A stretch of 63,958 bases of DNA, the filler included, from Choristocarpus tenellus KU-1152 (taxonomy: Eukaryota; Protista; Phaeophyceae), in assembly GCA_964200185.2 (NCBI GenBank). It is 14 parts of 14 records of this genome, joined end to end, with 100 filler letters (N's around TTAATTAATTAA, not from the genome) between each part and the next. Parts side by side here need not be neighbours in the genome. Positions count along the whole stretch, not along the records: positions 36,027 to 41,898 come from CAXNAD020009543.1; positions 41,999 to 44,722 come from CAXNAD020025291.1; positions 44,823 to 48,652 come from CAXNAD020017692.1; positions 48,753 to 53,871 come from CAXNAD020011809.1; positions 53,972 to 57,476 come from CAXNAD020019570.1; 9 more parts are not named here. One strand, given 5' to 3'. Made by a program: the position numbers and the translations under genes. Shown piece after piece: positions 41,247-54,561 of the stretch (positions are counted from its first letter, which is position 1; every line of letters begins with the position of its first letter). The notes beneath the pieces were generated by a model, which had not been told where the DNA came from, did not search any database, and saw only the letters and a program-made list of their open reading frames with translations.

Positions 41247-44207
41247 CTGGGAGGTGTACGAAGATTATATTTGTCCCATGCGCTTTTCATCTAGATTAGA
41301 ATCGTGTTTGAAGTAATGGTTGTTTAGGGCAGCACTGATTGCGTTGGTGGGTTCTATTGGGTGTGCATGGAGGTCAGTGCAGTCGGTTCGGCTTGCAAAG
41401 CTTCATGGGGAGTGTGTGAGGGATGGGAGAGTGCTCAGGAATCTCCACTATCTATGGCAAACGGCCCAATCCAACACATACAGGTTCAGTTACTATCCCA
41501 AATCACCTACTTCTTCTGGCCAAATGTCGCGCAACTTTACTTTTGGCAGTTTCATGAATTGCGCGCATGTTTGATGGGACGAATATTTTCTGCTGTTACT
41601 CTTTAATTAAAGTGCAAGATAAAAGTAGTTATTGCTACATGCGAAAAATGAAAAAAATAAATTGTGACCGTGTTAGATATTGCCCTCTTTCACTTCTATC
41701 TATAGCAGTCTATCGCTGTCATATTGCACCCCTTCCCTTCTACCCCTCCAGTTATTTGAAGAGGTGAGAAAATTATATGTTCTTAGGTAGAATGGTTGTA
41801 GGATTTCGACTAGACTTCACAGGGGTCAAAGTATCTGGGGGGGGGGGGGTTGTGAGGGGGCGTCCGTTTTGGTCAAATAGCTCTTTTTTTTTGCTGACNN
41901 NNNNNNNNNNNNNNNNNNNNNNNNNNNNNNNNNNNNNNNNNNTTAATTAATTAANNNNNNNNNNNNNNNNNNNNNNNNNNNNNNNNNNNNNNNNNNNNTT
42001 ACCATCCTCTGACATGGGTAGTTCATCCTCGCTGTCTGCCAATTCCACGTCACTCTCCTTGACGTCGGATGATGTGTTGTGGGATGATGACTCCCCACCG
42101 CCATGCACCGGAGAGAATATATTTTCCAGCAAGGCTGTAGGCGGAGTCCCACGCATACGCTTCCCCTTGCGAGTGGGAATGCGTTTTTTTGAAGCATCAG
42201 CTAGTGCGGATCCAGAATCCCTGACAACAACAGCATCCCTTTTTGATTTCCGTCGCTTAACGGGGGGGGATCAACAGTATGCATCGACCTCTTCGACACC
42301 ATCCTCAACACTTGATGAGGATCCATCATCGCTCTCCCCATCCTGGACTGATTCCACTTCAGGTATCGGAGTCGTCAGGCATCCTGTGGGTGGCAGCGCC
42401 GTCTCCTCCATGTTGGAGTCGATGGCATCCCACCCAATCGATAGGAGCGGGTCCGAGGTCATCATTGGAGACACTTCCACCCATAACTACAAAAGGGGAG
42501 AGCCGCACACTCTCCGGCGCGTCCGGAGTGCCGCAAAGTCCACTGTTCTTTTCTTGCGCGAACTATTCGTCAGGCCAGAACTTGTGACACAATTTGGCCA
42601 GCTCATGTGCGAAGCGTTCGTCCTTGTCGGGGTCACCATTCCCCGACAGCTTGGCAAATGACATAACCACCCCCCCTGGCGCACAATCATAGACGACAAG
42701 CCATCGTTGAACGAAGTCTTCAACTTGGCCCAAACATCGTCCATGTCATGGACCCCATGGGTGGCCTTGCCTGGCGCGATGACAACACAGGTGGCACGCC
42801 TCGGACCTGGATCGGCGCGGGGAACGAATGTCAGGAGCAGAGGTGTTAAGAGTATCTTCTGTATATTGTCGTCTGGTTTGGGGCAAGTGTAATTTTTTGT
42901 TGTAGCCTGCGGTGTTAAAACCCCTACAACGGCCCTTAAGGCGAGCTCGTTAGAAAATAATGTGTGGAAGTGAGGAACATGCACTATCGAGGCCGGGGTC
43001 TACGAGTTGTGTTCTTGTTCCACACGAAATTGTTATGGTTGTCTTTGACATTTTCGAAACGAGTGTTGTGGGGGGGGGGGGAGCAGACGAGAACTGTGGA
43101 TGTGTACGTTGAAACTCCAGAGAAAGTAACTTAATGGGTTCTATATCATTAACCATTGCAAGTGTGAAAAACACACTATGGTACTAATGTCATGCGTAAC
43201 TCTGATTCCTTAAAATGAAGAAATTAGAAATTCCAGGGTTGTTGTTAATATCATTACCAATATAATCACCATGTCGGTCTTAGGGGTCATGGGAAAAACA
43301 TTCAGAGGAGAAACAATTAGACAATACTCGATACACATAGTATTAAGAGGCAGAAAATGCAGGGGTCCATCCCCCATTAAAGATCCTACATAATTGTGGT
43401 ACACACACATATATCTAGGAGAGACAATTTGATTGACATTGCTCTACCATTCTGAACTTTAATAAAACATGCGCATAGGCTCACTCACACAAGCACTCCT
43501 TCCATCCTATACACACATACATATTAAAGTACCATATGTAGGCAAATGACCTTAAAATGTAATTGCATGATTATAGTGCGGAGAGGGGGTTGCGTGTCAA
43601 TACACTATGGTATACTTGACTAAATTATATTTCAGGTCTGATGGTTGTTCTTCACTAACGTAGAAAGAAACGAACCATTGCTCCTCCATCTCTGTTCCCA
43701 ATATCATCATACAGTGAAACGTTTATTTTGGCACGCTTGACTTCACCTTCTAGTCCTTGGGGGAGGGCAACACCATTTGGAGCCTTCCACGATCTTTACG
43801 AAGACGTCACCCTTTTCAACACCTTTCAGGATCAATCTCCTTCCCACCTTTGAAACACAGGGGTGGGGCGGACTTTTGAAGTGAAAATGTGTTCATTTTT
43901 ACACAGACCAGAGCCTCTACACATTGACACCGAATACGGATACGAGCACAAGAATGTTTGCCAAAGGATACACTCATGTGATAAAGTCGGGAGGGCAAAC
44001 CGTCAGCATCAAACAAATTACCTCTTCCGATAGGATGTATGGGTCTTTCGCGTCCTCCTCGGTAGATTGAGTGTTGGAATTCCCTGCCACAGTGGACTTG
44101 ATTCCATGCTCATCTCTTAGCTTGAGTTCGTTTATCTTCATCAACGCCACCTCCAGAACAGTCTGCTCTATGAACACCTCCTTTGTCAAGATTATGCTTG
44201 ACCATTT

Positions 44208-44466
44208 GAGCCAAAGTATCTTAGAGGGTAGAGATGCGTCCATTTGGGGGTCGAAATATAAAGTTGCGATTTTGATGTCATTTTGGCTATCGTGTTCGTT
44301 AGGAAGTGTCAATATCTATGTTTCAGACACACCTTTTCATAACATACACATTTCATCTACTCTGAAACATTTTGGAGTAGGAAAATGTCATAATAAACCC
44401 CATGGGAAGCCAAGCCCCAAATGGACAAACAGGGCAAAATTCGTACCCTCTGAGATACTTTCACTC
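44208..44466 (+). mobile_element. MITE family A, full copy without TSD
   Basis: Intact TIRs; flanks attt and cata do not match. Confidence 0.93.
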
Positions 44467-44722
44467 CATATAAGAACACTATGTGGCTATCGCACTTGCA
44501 TATCTTGCCTAATTACCTGGAGAAGATCTGATCGATTTTGATGTGCGTGTGCCCCACCATCATAAAATGTATCTCGACAACACGAATGTCACTCACCGCA
44601 ACCAACAGCCCCGCGTATCCGAGAAATAAATTGTTCTTGTTCTCTGAGACGCAGTTGTCGACCTGGCCAGTTTGGGGAGTTGGGAGCGAGGGAGGGATGG
44701 GCGTGAGGCCAATATGTCAGCC
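44467..44722 (-). pseudogene. Sola-type transposase fragment, exon 44517-44662 with intron flanks (second copy of 62917-63175)
   Basis: cag|VDNCVSENKNNLFLGYAGLLVAVSDIRVVEIHFMMVGHTHIKIDQIFS|gtaatt. Confidence 0.85.
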
Positions 44723-44939
44723 NNNNNNNNNNNNNNNNNNNNNNNNNNNNNNNNNNNNNNNNNNNNTTAATTAATTAANNNNNNNNNNNNNNNNNNNNNN
44801 NNNNNNNNNNNNNNNNNNNNNNTGTGAATTGGATTTGACTTGTACATCCTGGAAAGGTGAGCATTGAGGGGCGCCTGTAACAGAACTGTGTATGAACGAT
44901 GGGAAAGACTGTCAAACAGTGCTAGAGATGGCAGCAGGA

Positions 44940-45115
44940 TAGACGCTGGTCAGGTCGGAAACTGTGAGTAAATGGGAGAGAGACTTCCCAACTAAGGGCC
45001 ACATCAAGGAGTCGAAACGAGGGCGTGACGAGAGGCGTTTCGTTCTGGACCTCGACGAGGACATCCTTGACAAGATCAAAGAGTGGGTGCGCGAACACAC
45101 AGGAAGAAAGGGTAG
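44940..45115 (+). pseudogene. Probable N-terminal DNA-binding segment of a DDE transposase
   Basis: WERDFPTKGHIKESKRGRDERRFVLDLDEDILDKIKEWVREH resembles the W..F...G....S.RG.H....L.DED motif recalled from eukaryotic transposases; not verified. Confidence 0.4.
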
Positions 45116-47515
45116 GGAGGCTTTTTTCCCGTCTAAACCCTATACTTTAATCAAGTAATAGCATATCTGTTGCCTCTCTTGGTGACCTACAATCCAGGGT
45201 TCGAACCCCAATATGAGCGCTCTTTCTTAAAAAAAAAATGGCGAAAACAGAAATGAAGTCTGTAATCTGGATGGTATTGTGATGGGTTATCACGAATATG
45301 CTTTTATTTTCTAAGTCTGATGTCTACATCAAAAGCTATGACGAGACAACCACTGGTGCAACTATAATGAAGTACTGACTTGAAAATACCTTCTTATTAT
45401 TTCCTTTTTATTCTAATCACCACTCCCCAAATTCTCCCAACCACAAAACTCAGATTACTTCAATAACTTACACTTTGAATGAGTAAATATATTGGAAGAG
45501 GTTATAGGGAACGGCATCCATTCACATCTCAGCTAGATAATTTCAATCAAAAAGTTTTCACACGAATGATCCACCGCGCGCAATACGCGGAGTGACTTGT
45601 GTTGTTCGGTGAGACCCAGTTTGTGGAAAGAGAAGAGAGGTCTCAATGTACAGAGTCAAATTCGTAACGTTCGTGTCTTGGTTGACCCTTTCTCATATTT
45701 GGGTCGTGATCCAAGTCGCATCCTACACTACATGAGAGGCAGGACACTTTTTATTCCTCTCTGATATCAGGAAAAGGAACTGTCACAGGAGGCACAGGTG
45801 GTGAAAGTAACTTAGGCAGATTGATTGTACAATGGCTTTAGGAAATCGTGATGGCTGGGTGGCCAGGTCACGCCAGCGATCATGGCCAGCTCCAAATCAG
45901 AATGCCCTTGCGGTAGGAAATGTTACAACGCCGGTGCTGCCGGAAAAATCTCAGGCAGAGGCCCTCAATGCGATGGAGCTGGAGAGATGTCTGGAGGCAA
46001 ACTCGAGGTGGGATCCACACTCCAGGATAATGTTGACCCGGGTAGTTGTAGGCGTTGGCCTGGGTTGATAAATACTCGTCCAGAGATTTTGCCAACCATG
46101 TTCGGCTTTCAATTAGCTGCATCCTTTGAACTCAACGGCTAGCTCTCATCGGCTGACCTTCCAACCTTGGCACACTCAAGCCTAAGTGTACTCGGTTGAA
46201 CATCGCTAGCTACGATGACCATCCCAATAGATGATATAACGAATCTTTGATGATGTATATGTCATTTCTTCTCCCAGTCTTATAACCCCTAGACTATTTA
46301 CCTATCCCCAAGCACGATAGATACACAAGGTACTTCAGTTGTGCCGGTTTGACTGAATTTCGGGTCTGCATGCCACTTAACCGATCACCCTTCACCACAC
46401 AGACCCGACCCAGGGGGTGATCTCTCCGTTATTTCAAAACAACTTCATTTCCGATTGTCGACATATCCCAGGGCCATAGTGGAGTTGGCCCAGTTGCAGG
46501 AGATTGCCAGCAAGATCACTGGAGGAACTTGGACAGGAGCAGGTGTTGAGGTGGGAAAAGAGACAGGAGAGACGAAGGCTGTGTCGAAAGTAGGGGGTGG
46601 ACCAGGGGGTGGGGAAGGGGCAGGGGAAGGCACAGATAAAGAGGCAAGGAAAGTTGATCCTCAGCTGACAGAACGCATCCGAGTGGTAAAGGATGGCATC
46701 TACAACCGCCTCAAGCTCTTGGCGACATGGGCAGATCTTGATGACGAGCAGGTGCTGTGGGGTGGGATTTGATCTTCGATAGAGGTTTTTTAATGCTTGT
46801 GTTCAAAAGGAGAGTCTACAGTAACTGAGTGAGTGTGTAGGGGTGTAGGTGTATTAGCAGGTTGATAGTAATGGATGAAAGACTTGATGAGGTCGAGGTC
46901 TCCTTTGATTCTTCACAATCTTTTCTTAGTATGTGGGGAGTGGAGTAAGTCCTTACCATCCTCATTCCCACCTACAACTTTTGTGTTGGTCGGTGGTTGC
47001 TAGCTGCCCTTTCCCTGCTACTCCTGGCCCTCCCAGACATGACAATTTTTTATTCCTCATGATGGATTCTTCTCATAAATAGTTGCTGAGGTTAGAGAAG
47101 CTGTGAGATCCTGATGAAGTGAAAGTAATGTTGGCTTGTTTAACTGTTGTGAGACCCTGTGCCGTGTGCTGTGGGCAGTACCAATACCCCAAGAAGCTGA
47201 AAGCATGCAAAGTTCCCTGTATTTCATTGTGGAATTGCAGTCTCAACTCTGCAGGAAGGAGAAAGTCACCACACACAAAGCAAAACAAACTTCTGGCACA
47301 TTTGGAGATACTGGAAATACTGGAAGTAGAGTTCACAAAGAAATCATAAGTTTTGAAGTCTGCTGCACCTGCCATCTTGGATGAAACTGTTGAATTATTG
47401 GGTACAACGCAAGCCTGATGTAGATGAACTTTGAGTCAAAGTATCCCATAGGGGAGTAGGTTTAAGTCTGTATCATCAAGGCCTATTTAACCTAGATTTC
47501 GACCCCCTATTTCTT

Positions 47516-47738
47516 TGCATGAAAGTGCACTACGTAACTTCTGTTTGGTTTATTGTGCCTGTGGTAGACGAGACCATCTGGATAGGAGGTATCATCATGT
47601 GCTTGAGGGAGGAGGAATGTGCAAGTGCATGAAAGTGCACTACGTAACTTCTGTTTGGTTTGTTGTGCCTGTGGTAGACGAGACCATCTGGATAGGAGGT
47701 ATCATCATGTGCTTGAGGGAGGAGGAATGTGCAAGTGA
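47516..47738. repeat. Near-perfect 110-bp tandem duplication
   Basis: tgcatgaaagtgcactacgtaac...gaggaatgtgcaag occurs twice. Confidence 0.95.
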
Positions 47739-49072
47739 TTGAAAAGACAAGAGAAAACTCTCCCACAGATCCCTATGACTCGACCATATCCCCCTGTAGA
47801 ACACTTTGACTCTTACTACTAGAGAAAGGGAGAAGGGGAGGGTGTGTGTGAGGGTGACGATGGAGGATGAATTGCTGTTTTCCCACTGTGCTAAGAAGAA
47901 ATGCCCCTTACCTGCAGCCTCGTTGCACTGCATTTGAGTGCTTACTCCTTACTCGTGGTCACCCTGCTGCTATCGCAGAAGGAGCGCACACTATACCGAG
48001 ATAACTCACACTTGAATTCACTTCTGGATAAACGACCTGTACACAGCTTTCCGGAAACATCTTCAAATCACCAGGTCGTGGTCGATGACTCCACAACTGA
48101 GGTGGGGGCGAAGGTGGGTATGAAGGTGGGTGAGAGGGTTAGGGATAGGGTTAGGGATAGGGTTAGGGAGGGGCATGAGAAGAAAGTGTTGAGTGTTCTT
48201 GGGAGGAACAAAAGAGGTACACGACTGGTAGGTGAACTTGGATTTGTGGTTTTCCCCCCTAAAGGGAGATGAAGGTGCATTCATAGCACCTGCTGGTGCT
48301 TGTAATTGCGTATCCCTAACCCTAACCCTAACAATTTTTGTATATTGTATTTTCGTTCGGCCTTTTTCGAAGAGACTAGTATTTGTTTACATTTACATTG
48401 CCAGATGACTAGCTTTGTACGAGATGCGTATTGCCAGATCAGGGACAGCCTTGGGGTTTCTGAAGTCTGCCTGCACTAAAGTTGCCACCCAACCCTCAGG
48501 TGACACCTTTTATACACATCCACAACAAGGCCAACACCCCACCCCTACCCACCCGACATTATTTTTTTTCTCTCTCTCACCTTACTGGTATTTCAAGTTA
48601 TTTTAAAAATGATTTTTTACCTTTTGGTTCACCAAGTCAATTATCTTTTATANNNNNNNNNNNNNNNNNNNNNNNNNNNNNNNNNNNNNNNNNNNNTTAA
48701 TTAATTAANNNNNNNNNNNNNNNNNNNNNNNNNNNNNNNNNNNNNNNNNNNNCCCCCCCTCCCAATTCTCATTTGTAGTCATCAGACCACCAATTGTCTT
48801 ATATTCTTGAATATCTCCTCCTTTTTCTTTCTCCCACAAAGAAGAAATCCTCCGCTTGGAAGAGTGAGACGACTTTATTTATTTATTTAGGATCAGATCC
48901 AACTCTTAGTACATATAAATACCAAAAAAAACGGTTTCAGATTTTCTTTTCTCATTTTTCGGTGCTCCTTCTCGTGAAGCGACTTCGGATTCATTTTTTT
49001 TAACCTTCAGTAGGCCTCTTTATCACTACAAGAACTCATCCACCCCATTCGAGGGAGTTTTGATTTATACAC

Positions 49073-49285
49073 ACCATCATCAATACCATATTACTACTAC
49101 AATTGATGGTCTAACACCATCATCAATACCATTTTACCACTACAATTGATGGTCTAACACCATCATCAATACCATTTTACTACTACAATTGATGGTCTAA
49201 CACCATCATCAATACCATATTACTACTACAATTGATGGTCTAACACCATCATCAATACCATTTTACCACTACAATTGATGGTCTA
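49073..49285. repeat. ~41-42-bp minisatellite, ~5 units
   Basis: acaccatcatcaataccat(a/t)ttac(t/c)actacaattgatggtcta is repeated. Confidence 0.93.
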
Positions 49286-50233
49286 AGCATGTAGCTTGAT
49301 GTACACCAACATTTTCTTCATTAAAATAAATAAATAAATAAATAAATAAATATATATATATATATAAACACTTAACCCTATCAAAAAAGCCTACATGCAC
49401 ACACCGATTCATCTTCAACAACGATATTGATACCTCAGTGATTAAATTGGAGCACAGATGATTATTACAAAAAAAAGAAAAAAAGCCTTGTAATGTATTT
49501 GCACGCACGCCTGTCTCGATTGAATCTTGCAAGGAAAAAAAAATCGGGTGGGAAAAAAAACTGGGTCATGTTCAATCGAAAGGTCCATTTCTATTTGAAA
49601 ACCCTTTATTCCAGTTTTCAACAATTGTTCTATACAAATATAATCCGAAAAAAGAACTGAAAAAATATGAAAACAGAACGGTATATTCAAATTTAAGAAG
49701 TGTTTTCTCTCTTCTGTGCTCCTGTCCATCAGATGCCTCTCTTTACAAAGATAAAAGTGATCATTCGGAGTCCATAGGTAATTTTTTGCAGTGCTTCTAA
49801 TGAACATGTCTTTTAATGTTCTCAAATCGACAGCTTCATCTTACAAAAAAAACAAAATAGCTGCTGCATTCTGTCCTCAGACAACAGTCACGACACATAC
49901 CCACCTCCGTATCTGCCTAAAATAACCGCCTTCCAACCAATAGAAACCTCCGTTACAGCACCTCCATCTACCAAACTGCAGAACTACCTACTGCGCAACC
50001 ACCTCAAAAACAGCTCCAACAAACGCCTTTCAACCAATACAAACCTCCTGTACACTGCCTTCACATACCTTACCCGTAGCACCACGCGACCCCACCACCG
50101 CGATCACTAAAAAAAAAACACCTTCTAAACAACACCAAACTCCGCTATCGCACTCCCCACATACTCCGTACCGTAGCGCCACGTGGCCACCGTCACACAA
50201 CCCACAAAGAAAAAAAAAATCTTTCTGCCACAC

Positions 50234-50499
50234 CTGAACGAATGATGCTCCAAATCCACAGCAACCTCCAGACAACGCGGACGAGAAGCTCTCATTATCC
50301 CTTCCCCCCCCCCTCCCCCTCTAGTGGCAGCTACACTTTCCCCACCCTGCCCTTGATGCTCAGAATCATCTCCTATTCCACGTATATCTGAAATGAGGGC
50401 CTCCAGTGCTTCCACCGTGTCTACAATGGTGACAGGGTAGGGATTGTCCCCCTCTAAGCTCTCAGGGAGGATCAGGTCAGCCAAGTCTGGGGCCTGCAC
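50234..50499 (-). CDS. RRP6: Exosome 3'-5' exonuclease RRP6, internal exon
   Basis: cag|VQAP...VTIVDTVEALEALISDI...LEVAVDLEHHSFR|gt; the AVDLEHHSFR ExoI motif is characteristic of RRP6. Confidence 0.85.
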
Positions 50500-52523
50500 C
50501 TGTTCATTGAGTATGTGTGCATGTGTGTGTGTGTGTGTGTGTTAGTCAGCCAGTCTCACACAATATATATAAAAATACCGTAATAATAACAGTAAAAAGA
50601 ATAGTAACACACACCATTCCACTTCCAAACAATTGCACTTGATATATTGCCAGATCATGCAAATACTTTATTTCTTAACAAAATACAATGCACTCAAAAT
50701 ACATCCATACACATCCCACACCCTTTCATCACTAGTGAGTATTGTTTTTTCTACTTCATTTTTTTTTTTATTTTCTTTCTCCTGCATCTTTGTATCTATT
50801 TTTTCTACTCTGCAACATCTATTAACGGCCCCTTAGACTAAAAAAATATAGTACCAATAATAATATTAAAAAAAAAAACGGAAAATCGATGCATGTATTT
50901 GACGTGAAAATATTCAATAAACAAATAATAATAATAATAATTAATATATATATATTCATGCCTCTCTATTCACTCATACTCTAGATACACAGTAGATTTT
51001 ATTCACACTCCTACAATTTACATACACTCAAAATTTCTGGTTCAGTTCATGCAAAGCAAAAATGATTTTAAGAAAAGCTCACTCAATAAACCATCTTTTT
51101 AATTTCACAGACTACTACTACTACTACAAAAAAGTATACAACCAGACATTGATTTTGCTTCACTAATTCAGGGTCAAGCCGTTTCTTGCTTCCTCCCAAA
51201 ACATCAAAAACCAAGTGTCCCCTAAACCACCACATTCAACAAGCACAGATCCAGATTAAAAGAAAAAACTCTCACGTAATTCCATTGCAGACAACTGTCA
51301 CTTGTTCCTCCACAAAAAAACAAAAAAAAAGTTAACCAAAATAAATATTCAGATATTTCAACGCATAGACTGTTGTGTCCAAAAGAAAATACACACACAC
51401 ATACACACACACATGCACACACACTTTTTATCTAATATTTATTAATACCAGTTACACATTCACACCATCACTACCAACAATGTATTATCGCATCCCTACT
51501 TCACCGTTCAGTTTATGACAGGCCCGACAGCAGGGGGAAATCAGCCCGACACGCATTTGAAGGCCTTTCAAAAGACCCCAAAACCTCACACTTACATACA
51601 TTCTACAGATAATTTGGTAGCGCAAGAGGCAGTCAATGACAAAAAAAAAGCTCGGATGGTTTAAAAAAAAAAATCAGAATTTCTATTCGCCGCCAGAAAT
51701 TTAAAAAATCAGAACATATAGAACATGTAGAATATATTGGAGGGATCGACGATGGTGATCGGTCGGGGAGGGTGAATACTACTACTGCATTCAATCACCA
51801 ACCTGATATCCTAAGTATTCGAGATTTTTACATAAAAAGAGGTTGGAACAAAGATGAGTTTGAAGGCTGCGGAAAGGGTCACACCTCGAGATCAATGGGT
51901 TTCATAATGCGCATCGTGGCGATTGATCACTCTATTGAAGATTGCTTTCATGCAAACATGAACATAAATATAAACATAAAATATAAACATATTGCTTTAT
52001 TCAACCTGCATCGCCTTTTCACTTATTAAAGAGAAGCTGATGTTCCAAAGACTATTATTAAGTATGAAAATCAACCGATAATAATTTCCTCAATGAGCTG
52101 AACAGGTTGTAGATGGAGTAAGGAAGGAGAAAGGAGAAGTGAATTTTCAAGCCTAAAGGGGGAGGGGTCCTTGCCACCAAATCAATCCTATTCAATGGAT
52201 CAGTAATCACTAATCACAGATTGCTTGCTACAACGTTTCCTATTCCCGAACTCTTCCGTATTTATGTTCTTTAACCCAAAACCTATCTTCTATTATTTAA
52301 ACATGACCACTTCCATCCTTGGATTGGATCTCACAGAATTTTCTTTAAAACATGAATAAAAAGAATATTCTGGAAATTTCCCTCCCCCCCAAAAAGTCAA
52401 TGTAATGAAACAGGATCACCACTATATACAATAGTGCCATAAAAAAATAATATACTAGTAAGTGCGAATGAGTACTCTCATAAAATAATGATAAAAGGAA
52501 AAGAAATAATTCCAAACTCCACT

Positions 52524-52980
52524 GGCTCAAAGTATCTGGGGGACGGGAGGTGGCGGCTGTCCAATCAGGGCCCATTTTTCCATGTGAGCCAAAGTATCTT
52601 AGAGGGTAGAGGCGTGTCCATTTTGGAGGCAAAATCCAATGCTGCGATTTTGATGTAATTTTGGCTATCGTGTTTGTTAGGAGATATCAATATCCTTGTT
52701 CCGGACACAGCTTTTCATAACGTATACACTTTACCTACTCTAAAATTATTTTGGAGTAGGAAAAAGTTATAAAAACCCCATGGCAAGTCAAGCCCCAAAT
52801 GGACAAACAGGGCAAAACTTGTAACCTCTAAGATTCTTTCACTCACGTCGTGATTTTTGGGTGTATTGGGTTGCATGTGTCGAGATGGACAATGTAAGTG
52901 CACTTCTCCTGGTCAAGGCCCAACTGGATGCCCTGGTGTAGCCCCCCCCCCCCCCCCCCCACCCCCAGATACTTAGAGTC
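52524..52980 (-). mobile_element. MITE family B interrupted by a family A copy
   Basis: ggctcaaagtatctggg...ccatgt [A] acgtcgtgatttttgg...cccagatacttagagtc; flanks act/act. Confidence 0.9.
52586..52844 (+). mobile_element. MITE family A nested in B
   Basis: Intact TIRs; TSD atgt/acgt (one transition). Confidence 0.93.
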
Positions 52981-53971
52981 ACTGATTAAAAAAAACACAA
53001 CCTCACATATCATCGCCCTCAAAAATCAAGTCAAGATTATTCAAATCCATCCCATCCAAATCGAACAGTGAACACTCCGGCACCGTGAGGAGTTCCCAAC
53101 CGGAGTACGGGCGTGCGGATACATTACCAAAAAATAAATAAAATTCCTCTCCAATTGAAGACCAACGATACTTTCAGTCACATTCCCTCACCATCACTGA
53201 CAAAAAAAATAAAAGGTCACACAAACACACACACACACAGCATTTTCTCCTACTTTTTTTGGTGTACAGTCACCACTATTGTAGTATGTACCTTTTTTTC
53301 TTATCCGACCTTTGGCACAAACAATATAAACAGCAAGAGTTCGCACCAAAAAAATAAAGAAATCACTAGTTGTAGATTTTTTTTTTTTTCATTTTAATTA
53401 AAAACTCGTGCCTGCACACATCTACCCCGAGTATTTCAAAGACGCCAACATCCTTCTTGTAAAAACCCACGCATCACACGTCGCACACAAACGATACGTT
53501 GAGCCACATACACCCCTTTGCTCAGAATACAGATTCATACAAAAACATTCCATCCCATCCCATCACATCACATTACATCACACATTTCAAGCAACCAACC
53601 TCCCCAGAGGTTTAAAATAGGTTCAAAGCTCACCCGGCAGGACAGGACAGTACGGCCAGGGTTCAGAGCCCCCTAGGGTTAAGCAGATTGTAAATAACCT
53701 GTACAACATGTATTGCTCCCACTCAACATCACAGCAACACACTGTTTACTTTTGCCCACCCATTTTATCTCTTCTCGGTTAAAGACAAAGTTGGGAGTTT
53801 CTAGTATGTTTAAAGGCGACTCGTCCCCCCAAAAGAGGCTCCATCTAATCAAAAACTATTTACTAATGACCNNNNNNNNNNNNNNNNNNNNNNNNNNNNN
53901 NNNNNNNNNNNNNNNTTAATTAATTAANNNNNNNNNNNNNNNNNNNNNNNNNNNNNNNNNNNNNNNNNNNN

Positions 53972-54150
53972 GGGGGTGGGGGGGGAGCGTTGTCTACTCC
54001 AGGGTGTCCATTTGGGTCAAAATACGGAAAAGTACATTTACATTATCCATCCGACGTATGCAACCAAATCACCAAAAAACCGCGACATGACAAAATTGAC
54101 TCCAAATGGACAGCCACCCTCCCCCCCCTCCCCCCTAGATACTTCGAGCC
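53972..54150 (+). mobile_element. MITE family B (left end lost at contig start)
   Basis: Matches the B consensus; ends agatacttcgagcc. Confidence 0.9.
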
Positions 54151-54561
54151 TGTTGGCACCCACACCAATCTGGAATGTCGAGGGTGTCATCACACATCGT
54201 GCAGTTAAAGAAGTGACGTGTATCACCCATCAATGCTTAACACAATTCGAACCAATGTTGTTCCATATTTAAGCTTCATGACTCTGGAATAACGACCAAC
54301 GGGTCCATTCCACACAATCCTCGAGCACGGGAAGGCTAGAAGTTTACAGTGACCCCCTTGCTGTCTATCTTGCGGGATTGAGTGAGGAGTATTCCAGATA
54401 TACCAAGTTCATTACGGGGGATTGCTTCACCATGACCAATGGAGGTGGATAAGGTGGGATTTATGTTGAGTTATCCTATTGATATGCAATGAAATGGTAC
54501 TACTATTGTTTGCTGCTGTCCTGCTTACCTTGCATTCCATGATTTTCCACCTAGATCATCC

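Noticed and set aside
42950-44200. Ulp1-like and SET-like peptide hints
   Set aside because: Catalytic motifs are absent and the frames are broken, so the evidence is too weak to call
44071-44541. ORFs sharing peptides such as HGKPSPKWTNRAK as a small protein family
   Set aside because: They are chance translations of MITE A; reading frames are not preserved among copies
45500-46800. Possible TE-borne DNA methyltransferase or chromodomain
   Set aside because: Only vague resemblance; no diagnostic PCQ, ENV or NPPF motifs were readable
49073-49285. 41-42-bp repeats (and the 59-bp repeats at 20540-20792) as CRISPR
   Set aside because: They are head-to-tail units without unique spacers, i.e. 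ordinary minisatellites
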